A stretch of 64,000 nucleotides of DNA, from the NCBI GenBank assembly GCA_963664115.2, contig CAXWPJ010000012.1:256001-320000 (forward strand). The letters run 5' to 3'. The position numbers and the translations under genes are program-made. Below, piece after piece: positions 58,412-64,000 of this stretch. Origin of the DNA: Terriglobia bacterium. Lineage in GTDB: Bacteria; Acidobacteriota; Terriglobia; 20CM-2-55-15. A model generated the notes under the pieces. The model was not told the DNA's origin. It did no database searches and saw only the letters and a list, made by a program, of their open reading frames with translations. Positions within the stretch are counted from its first letter, which is position 1. Every line of letters begins with the position of its first letter.

Positions 58412-59534
58412 CGTGGATGTTGTCGAAAAACTTCTGGAACAAATAGTAGGAATCGTGCGGACCCGGAGAGGCTTCCGGGTGGTATTGCACGCTGAACACG
58501 GGCAGTTTTCGGTGTTCGAGACCCTCGATCGTCTGGTCGTTGAGATTCAGATGGGTGATCCGAACCTCTTCGTCGTCGAGGCTCTTCGGATCGACCGCGA
58601 AGCCGTGATTCTGTGCCGTGATCTCCACACGCCCGCTATCGATATGCATCACGGGCTGGTTGCCGCCGTGGTGTCCGAACGGCAATTTGAACGTCCGGGC
58701 TCCCAGCGCAAGTGCCAGAATCTGATGGCCCAGGCATATTCCAAAAACAGGCTTCTTACCGATCAACTCGCGAACATTCCCAACCGCGTAATCCACGGCT
58801 TCCGGATCCCCGGGTCCGTTGGAGAGAAATATGCCATCCGGATCAAGGTCGAGAACATCGGCCCCGCTCGTCGTCGATGGAACCACCGTGACCCGGGCAC
58901 CATGGTGGCCGAGGTCGCGAAGAATATTAGTCTTGATTCCGAAATCATAGGCCACAACATGACAGCCGGCGTCATCCACAGACTGTCCGGGGCCCAGGTT
59001 CGAAAACTCGACGAAATCCACTGATCCTCTCTCGGCCGCGTACGGTTCCTGGGTCGTTACCTCGCTCGCCAGATCGCGTCCGACCATCGCGGGAGAGCCT
59101 TTGACCTTACGGCCCAGTGAGTCCAGATCATGATCGATCAGGGAAACGATCGCGCGCATCGCTCCACGGCTTCGGATGTGACGCACCAGGGCCCGCGTGT
59201 CGATGCCGGATATGGCGGGGATCTTATGGCGTCGCAGGTAATCGTCCAGGGGCTCCGACATCCGCCAGTTGCTTGGATGGGAGGTCAGCCGGCGGACTAT
59301 GAATGCTTCGAGAAAAGGCCGTCGTGACTCATTATCCTCAACATTGATCCCGGTATTGCCAATCAAGGGATAGGTCATAGTCACGATCTGGCCGGCATAG
59401 GACGGGTCGGTGAGTATTTCCTGGTATCCGGACATCGAGGTATTGAAAACGATTTCCCCAACGGCCTCTCCCTCAAACCCATGCCCAGAACCACGGAACA
59501 CGCGTCCGTCTTCGAGAAGCAATGTCGCTTTCAT
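58395..59534 (-). CDS. carA: Carbamoyl-phosphate synthase small subunit
   Basis: [31 protein letters not shown] and [10 protein letters not shown] motifs. Start moved to 59534. Confidence 0.97.
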   Translation of the reverse strand: MKATLLLEDGRVFRGSGHGFEGEAVGEIVFNTSMSGYQEILTDPSYAGQIVTMTYPLIGNTGINVEDNESRRPFLEAFIVRRLTSHPSNWRMSEPLDDYLRRHKIPAISGIDTRALVRHIRSRGAMRAIVSLIDHDLDSLGRKVKGSPAMVGRDLASEVTTQEPYAAERGSVDFVEFSNLGPGQSVDDAGCHVVAYDFGIKTNILRDLGHHGARVTVVPSTTSGADVLDLDPDGIFLSNGPGDPEAVDYAVGNVRELIGKKPVFGICLGHQILALALGARTFKLPFGHHGGNQPVMHIDSGRVEITAQNHGFAVDPKSLDDEEVRITHLNLNDQTIEGLEHRKLPVFSVQYHPEASPGPHDSYYLFQKFFDNIHDAKTQ

Positions 59535-60118
59535 TAATCGATGGAACCCATCTTGTTTACTGGCCAGTATCGGAAGACCGCTTTGCCGTAAATATTCTGA
59601 TCCGGGACAAGGCCCCACATACGGCTGTCGTTGGATTGATTGCGATGGTCGCCCAGAACATAGTAGTGACCGGGTTCGACATAGACCGGCGAAAAGCTTC
59701 GACGATCAAAAAAGTTGGCGGGTACATAGTCCTCATCAAGGGCTTGTCCATTTACAACGACCTCGCCTTCCTGCACGTCGACAACATCACCCGGCAGACC
59801 GACGATTCGCTTGATATAGGACTTTGTGGGATCGAGTGGGTACCAAAAGACCACGATATCTCCGCGCTCGATCTGGTCGATCCTGTACAGGAACTTATTA
59901 ACGAAGATCCGCTCCTGGTCAACCAGCTCAGGAAGCATGCTCGTCCCTTCGACTTTCACCGGTTGGTAGAAGAAGACAACGATAATGATCGCCGCTCCAA
60001 TCGCGAAGAATACATCTCGCGCCCATCCCCGCATCTCACTCAAAAGACTGGCCTGGTGCGGTTCGATCGGCTCCTGCGCGGGCGGAGCCTCCCCGGACGG
60101 TGACTGTTCCAAGTTCAT
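59534..60118 (-). CDS. lepB: Signal peptidase I
   Basis: VEGTSMLP (Ser), [11 protein letters not shown] (Lys) and [11 protein letters not shown] motifs. Confidence 0.95.
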   Translation of the reverse strand: MNLEQSPSGEAPPAQEPIEPHQASLLSEMRGWARDVFFAIGAAIIIVVFFYQPVKVEGTSMLPELVDQERIFVNKFLYRIDQIERGDIVVFWYPLDPTKSYIKRIVGLPGDVVDVQEGEVVVNGQALDEDYVPANFFDRRSFSPVYVEPGHYYVLGDHRNQSNDSRMWGLVPDQNIYGKAVFRYWPVNKMGSID

Positions 60119-60308
60119 TGAACTGACCTTCGTTTATGTGCCGGCTGGCTGAGCCGACTGAATTATTTTAGAAGATTCAGGTATGAATCGGAAGGGCTTA
60201 AAAGAAGTGATGCGTGAGAAGGGGAAAAACCAGGGAATAAGAGTGGCTTCCTGACAATTGACTCTAATCGAGACCGGCCTCCGTCAATCGGCCGGATATC
60301 GGATATCG

Positions 60309-60498
60309 GATATCGCTCGGTCGTTCAATCGGTCATCCTGACCGAACGACCGGCGACCCTCTCCATCATCCTGATGGAGAGGGTTATTGGGCACAACGGA
60401 ACGTTAAAGCAGTCCCCATCAAAATCCGCAGCGTTCCTCGCTGCGGATGAACAACGAGGCGGTAGCCGAGGCGTTCAGTGGAATAAAATGATCTCCGA
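60309..60498. repeat. About 190-bp structured dispersed repeat, copy 2 (inverted relative to 35604-35793)
   Basis: Aligns as reverse complement with copy 1; flanked by a GGATATC x3 microrepeat at 60294-60314. Confidence 0.85.
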
Positions 60499-60546
60499 GC
60501 TCCCAAGAAATACTCAACTAACGAACCTCTCTTCCCTTCCCTCCCA

Positions 60547-61383
60547 CTACCACAACGTAAAACTGTGTGTCGTCCCGAAAACAACTCCGACACGGTGATC
60601 CAGGTCGGTCAGACCGGCAGTGGCACCCACATCCCAATCCATACCCAGGGCCTGCCACCGAAAGCCGATACGGGCCTGAGCTCTGTCCTCACCACCCAGG
60701 GTTGGAAACGATTGAAAATTTTCCAGACCGTTGACCTCGAAGGCCAGGCTCGTACTCCCGCCAACCGGAATAATCGCGGCCAGACCATAAAGAAGCACGT
60801 CCTGTTGTGCGGCTGCACGCACCGCGTCGTCGAGTATCCCGAGGCCGATATTCCCGAAAACATAAGCCGACCCGGCGGACTTACCGATCAATACCTTTCC
60901 CAAGAAATGAGTTCCATCCGTTCCCAGACCGCTTTCGTTACTCGCATTCGGAAGAACGATCGACGGCTGAAAACTTATGTCCGGGAGAGACCCGGATTCG
61001 GTCACAATCGCAATCTTGGTTGAAATCACACCGTCGCCCCAATCGTTGCGCCGTCCGGTCCCGCCCTCGGTGACCCACAGGAAGTTGTGGAGTGTACCCG
61101 TCATCTGGAACTCGGCACGCGAACCCAGGCCGAAGTGAACACCGCCGGTTAAGGCTGATAGTTGGTCCCCACCCAGTCCCGATACCGGGAAACGCGCCCG
61201 TTCGAAATAACCCAGACCGTTCTCAAGAACCACAGTCCCCTCGGGTATCAACCTCGGGTCCTCCGTGAGGAGAGGCCGTTGCTGTGCGACAAGGTTGACC
61301 GGAATGAGGACGGCAAAAAAAACCATCAGAGAGAGTCTGGCCCGGATACCTCGATGTTCATGTTCAGTTGAATCCAAAGTCAC
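60547..61383 (-). CDS. Hypothetical exported protein, probable outer-membrane beta-barrel
   Basis: Signal-like segment ending VA|QQRPLLTED; alternating amphipathic strands; C-terminal Trp. Confidence 0.65.
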   Translation of the reverse strand: MTLDSTEHEHRGIRARLSLMVFFAVLIPVNLVAQQRPLLTEDPRLIPEGTVVLENGLGYFERARFPVSGLGGDQLSALTGGVHFGLGSRAEFQMTGTLHNFLWVTEGGTGRRNDWGDGVISTKIAIVTESGSLPDISFQPSIVLPNASNESGLGTDGTHFLGKVLIGKSAGSAYVFGNIGLGILDDAVRAAAQQDVLLYGLAAIIPVGGSTSLAFEVNGLENFQSFPTLGGEDRAQARIGFRWQALGMDWDVGATAGLTDLDHRVGVVFGTTHSFTLW

Positions 61384-62081
61384 AAAACCCCCAATTGATG
61401 AGCGATCAGCCCCCCCGCGACAATGGCGGCTGTGTCGGCACGCATGATGTGTGGCCCCAGACGAACCTCAACGAATCCCCGGCTTCGGGCGGCTTCCAGT
61501 TCTTCGTCGGCCCAACCCCCCTCAGGTCCGATCACATACACGACCGGGGAATCTGAAAGAGCCGACTCTAACGGACCCTCACTCTCAAGGGCAAACACAA
61601 TCTTCGATTCCCCATCCACCGCCAATACATGTTCGATATCGGTGACCGCGTCGAGACGCGGCAGATGGTAGTGCTTGGATTGTTTCGCGGCCTCGACGAT
61701 GATGCGCTTCCAGCGTTTTTCGCGCCCCGGCCCCGAAGCGTTCGAACGCTTGGCACGAAAGGGAATGATCCGGGTTACGCCCACCTCTACGGCCTTTTCG
61801 AGCACCCACTCGAATGCCGCATTCTTGATCAATGCTTGAGCCAGAACGATTTCCGCTGCTGGTGGCGACAAGCGACGCTCGGCATGAATCCTGATCTCAT
61901 TTGGTTTCGAACCCAGCGCTCCAACTTTCCCTTCCCAGACTCGCCCCTCACCATCGAATACCTCGACCACCTCGCCCACCCCAGTGCGGGACACTTTTAG
62001 GTGTTGGTGTTCTTCACCGTCGACGGACAGAAGACCTTCTCGAATCTCGGGATCGGGCCAATATACAGACTTAATTGCCAC
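61380..62081 (-). CDS. rsmE: 16S rRNA m3U1498 methyltransferase
   Basis: EKAVEVGV, EAAKQS, IGPEGGW and LGPHIMRADTA motifs. Confidence 0.93.
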   Translation of the reverse strand: MAIKSVYWPDPEIREGLLSVDGEEHQHLKVSRTGVGEVVEVFDGEGRVWEGKVGALGSKPNEIRIHAERRLSPPAAEIVLAQALIKNAAFEWVLEKAVEVGVTRIIPFRAKRSNASGPGREKRWKRIIVEAAKQSKHYHLPRLDAVTDIEHVLAVDGESKIVFALESEGPLESALSDSPVVYVIGPEGGWADEELEAARSRGFVEVRLGPHIMRADTAAIVAGGLIAHQLGVL

Positions 62082-62940
62082 GACGGCTGACCTTCATCGC
62101 GACCCACTCGCCACGTTGAACCTCCCTTCGGATCTCGAACCCTTCCGAACGAATCGTCTCCCTGAGAGCGGCAACCTGCGAATCCAGGATGCCGGATAGA
62201 ACAGCAATGCCCCCGGGCATCAGGATACGGACGATCTCTCCAAGAAGATTCAGTATGACGTCACATGTGAGATTCGCCAGTACCACGGCGGCACAGCCCG
62301 TGCGCAGGGCATCAATACTGCCAGCGAACACAGGCGCGCTGACACCGTTGCGGCGAAGGTTCTCCCGGGTCACATGCAGGGCATCCGTGTCCACGTCACA
62401 CGCAGCTTCAACCGTAAAGCCGAGCTTGGCGGCGGCGATCGTCAAAATTCCGGATCCTGTACCCAGATCGACGAGAGGACCCGAGTCTGTCTCCATTGAC
62501 TCGAGCGACTCCAGGATCAACTGCGTGGTTTCATGGGTCCCGGTTCCAAAGGCAAGGCCGGGGTCAATACCCAACACGATCCGCCCGGAATCGATCTCTG
62601 CGGCCGTTTCCCAGCTGGGCACCACTTGAAAACGCTCTCCTATGGAAAAACTCGAATAACCCTTGCGCCACTCCCGGACCCAATCTTTCCGTTCTTCGGT
62701 CCCGAACCGGACCTCGGGCACGTCGGACACGGGGTAACCGTTGCGCTCGAACAGGCGGCCGACGCGGGCTTCAACCAGGGGCGGTGTCCGCGCTTCATCA
62801 AAATAGAGAACCAGTTCGATCCGCTGATTGCCGAGCGCGGTTTTTTCCCATACACCGAGAATACGGTCGCGCGAAAATTCGCCTACGAACGCATCCTTCA
62901 GCTCCTCGGGAACATCAACCGTCATAGTCAGCCAGGACAT
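62071..62940 (-). CDS. prmA: Ribosomal protein L11 methyltransferase
   Basis: DPGLAFGTGTHETT, DLGTGSGIL, ANL and LSGIL motifs. Confidence 0.93.
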   Translation of the reverse strand: MSWLTMTVDVPEELKDAFVGEFSRDRILGVWEKTALGNQRIELVLYFDEARTPPLVEARVGRLFERNGYPVSDVPEVRFGTEERKDWVREWRKGYSSFSIGERFQVVPSWETAAEIDSGRIVLGIDPGLAFGTGTHETTQLILESLESMETDSGPLVDLGTGSGILTIAAAKLGFTVEAACDVDTDALHVTRENLRRNGVSAPVFAGSIDALRTGCAAVVLANLTCDVILNLLGEIVRILMPGGIAVLSGILDSQVAALRETIRSEGFEIRREVQRGEWVAMKVSRRGN

Positions 62941-62987
62941 TAATGACTCTCAGCCACACTCTTAAGCTTCAATGGACAGTCGGCATT

Positions 62988-63070
62988 TCAACCGAGAGAC
63001 GCAGAGGCGCAGAGGCGCAGAGGTCCTAGAAAAGACAATAGACTTCTGCGTCTCTGCGCCTCTGCGTTGA
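62988..63070. repeat. Octamer-periodic inverted repeat (GCGCAGAG x3 / CTCTGCG x3)
   Basis: TCAAC...ACGCAGAG-GCGCAGAG-GCGCAGAG ... TTCTGCG-TCTCTGCG-CCTCTGCG-TTGA between dnaJ and prmA. Confidence 0.75.
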
Positions 63071-63122
63071 TCTCTTCTGACTGCAGGATAGAGTACTGTC
63101 ACCCTGGGAGTGGTCGTTCGTG

Positions 63123-64000
63123 TCAGCCGAAAATCTCTTTTACCTTTTCCAGAATCTTCTTCTGAATGGGCTGGTTCTCGGCTTCTTCTGTTTCGGCCAG
63201 CTTTGACATGATTTCGCGCTGTTCGCGAGTCAATTTTGTGGGCACACGCACATTGATGTTGACGTAGAGATCTCCCCGGCCCCGGCCATTGGCCTCGGCA
63301 ATACCCGCCTTTCGAATGCGAAACACGCTTTCAGGCTGCGTGCCTGCCGGAATTTTCAGGGTTTGTGCCCCTTCCAGGGTCGGCACCGAGATTTCGGCTC
63401 CGAGTGTCGCCTGAGTCAGGGAAATCGGAATGTGGCAGAAGAGATCATCCTCACGGCGCTCGAAAAACTCGTGTTCGCCGACATTGATCAAAACGTAGAG
63501 ATCACCCGGGGCGCCTCCACGGGGGCCCGCGTCGCCTTCGCCTGCGACTCTCAACCGTGAGCCGGAATCGACGCCCGCCGGTATCTTGAGTTCGAGAGTT
63601 TTCTCATTAACGACACGACCCTCGCCATGGCAGAGCTTGCACGGATCCTTGATGACCTGACCACTCCCCTGACAACCACTGCAGGTACGGGTAATCGAAA
63701 AAAAGCCCTGCTGATACCGGACCTGGCCGTAGCCCTTACAGGTGGGGCAGGTCGCAGGCCCACTACCCTTCAGAGCGCCAACGCCCTCGCACTCAGAACA
63801 GATTTCCTGGTGGGGCACTTTGATGCGGCTTTTCTTACCGAATGCTGCCTCTTCAAAGGTTAATTCAAGATCGTAGCGAAGGTCGGCACCGCGGTTCGCC
63901 GCTCTGGAACCCCGGCGCCCGGACCCGCCAAAAGTGTCGCCAAATCCGAACAGATCACCAAGAATGTCACTGAAATCAGAGAAAACACCCGGATCAAACC
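63123..64000 (-). CDS. dnaJ: Chaperone DnaJ (5' part beyond the window)
   Basis: Four CxxCxGxG repeats; KIPAGVDSG and GDLYV motifs; G/F-rich region upstream (DFSDILGDLFGFG); dnaJ-prmA-rsmE synteny. Confidence 0.96.
   Translation of the reverse strand, partial: FDPGVFSDFSDILGDLFGFGDTFGGSGRRGSRAANRGADLRYDLELTFEEAAFGKKSRIKVPHQEICSECEGVGALKGSGPATCPTCKGYGQVRYQQGFFSITRTCSGCQGSGQVIKDPCKLCHGEGRVVNEKTLELKIPAGVDSGSRLRVAGEGDAGPRGGAPGDLYVLINVGEHEFFERREDDLFCHIPISLTQATLGAEISVPTLEGAQTLKIPAGTQPESVFRIRKAGIAEANGRGRGDLYVNINVRVPTKLTREQREIMSKLAETEEAENQPIQKKILEKVKEIFG

Overview
Chromosomal window from a Gram-negative bacterium, most likely Acidobacteriota (inferred from the acidobacterial-type VWA protein, DUF6152-like proteins and gene order). 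The left part (1-24.9 kb) is an accessory region rich in secreted and membrane proteins. It holds two iodothyronine-deiodinase-like selenoprotein genes that the ORF track splits at in-frame UGA codons. Each has a SECIS-like hairpin at the same offset; one is secreted and fused to six EF-hands, the other carries a 1-nt frameshift. The middle (25-48 kb) is housekeeping: tRNA-Leu, secG, tpiA, pgk and gap; a Kdo/lipid A/heptose LPS operon; rimP-nusA-infB-rbfA-nrnA-truB-rpsO-pnp, where rimP apparently starts at CTG; and a UbiD decarboxylase. The most striking element is a tightly coupled five-gene operon at 48.8-55.1 kb: a TPR-CHAT caspase-like protease, a small beta-rich protein, a secreted S8 subtilase, a soluble histidine kinase and a NarL/LuxR regulator. 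The subtilase carries nine copies of the heptapeptide WSVMSLF that differ only at synonymous DNA positions, seven of them inserted between the catalytic Asp and His. A perfect 4 x 22-bp tandem array lies upstream. I infer a candidate protease-encoded peptide-signalling system. The right end holds carB, carA, lepB, an outer-membrane-like gene, rsmE, prmA and a partial dnaJ. All family assignments come from motif recognition, not database searches.
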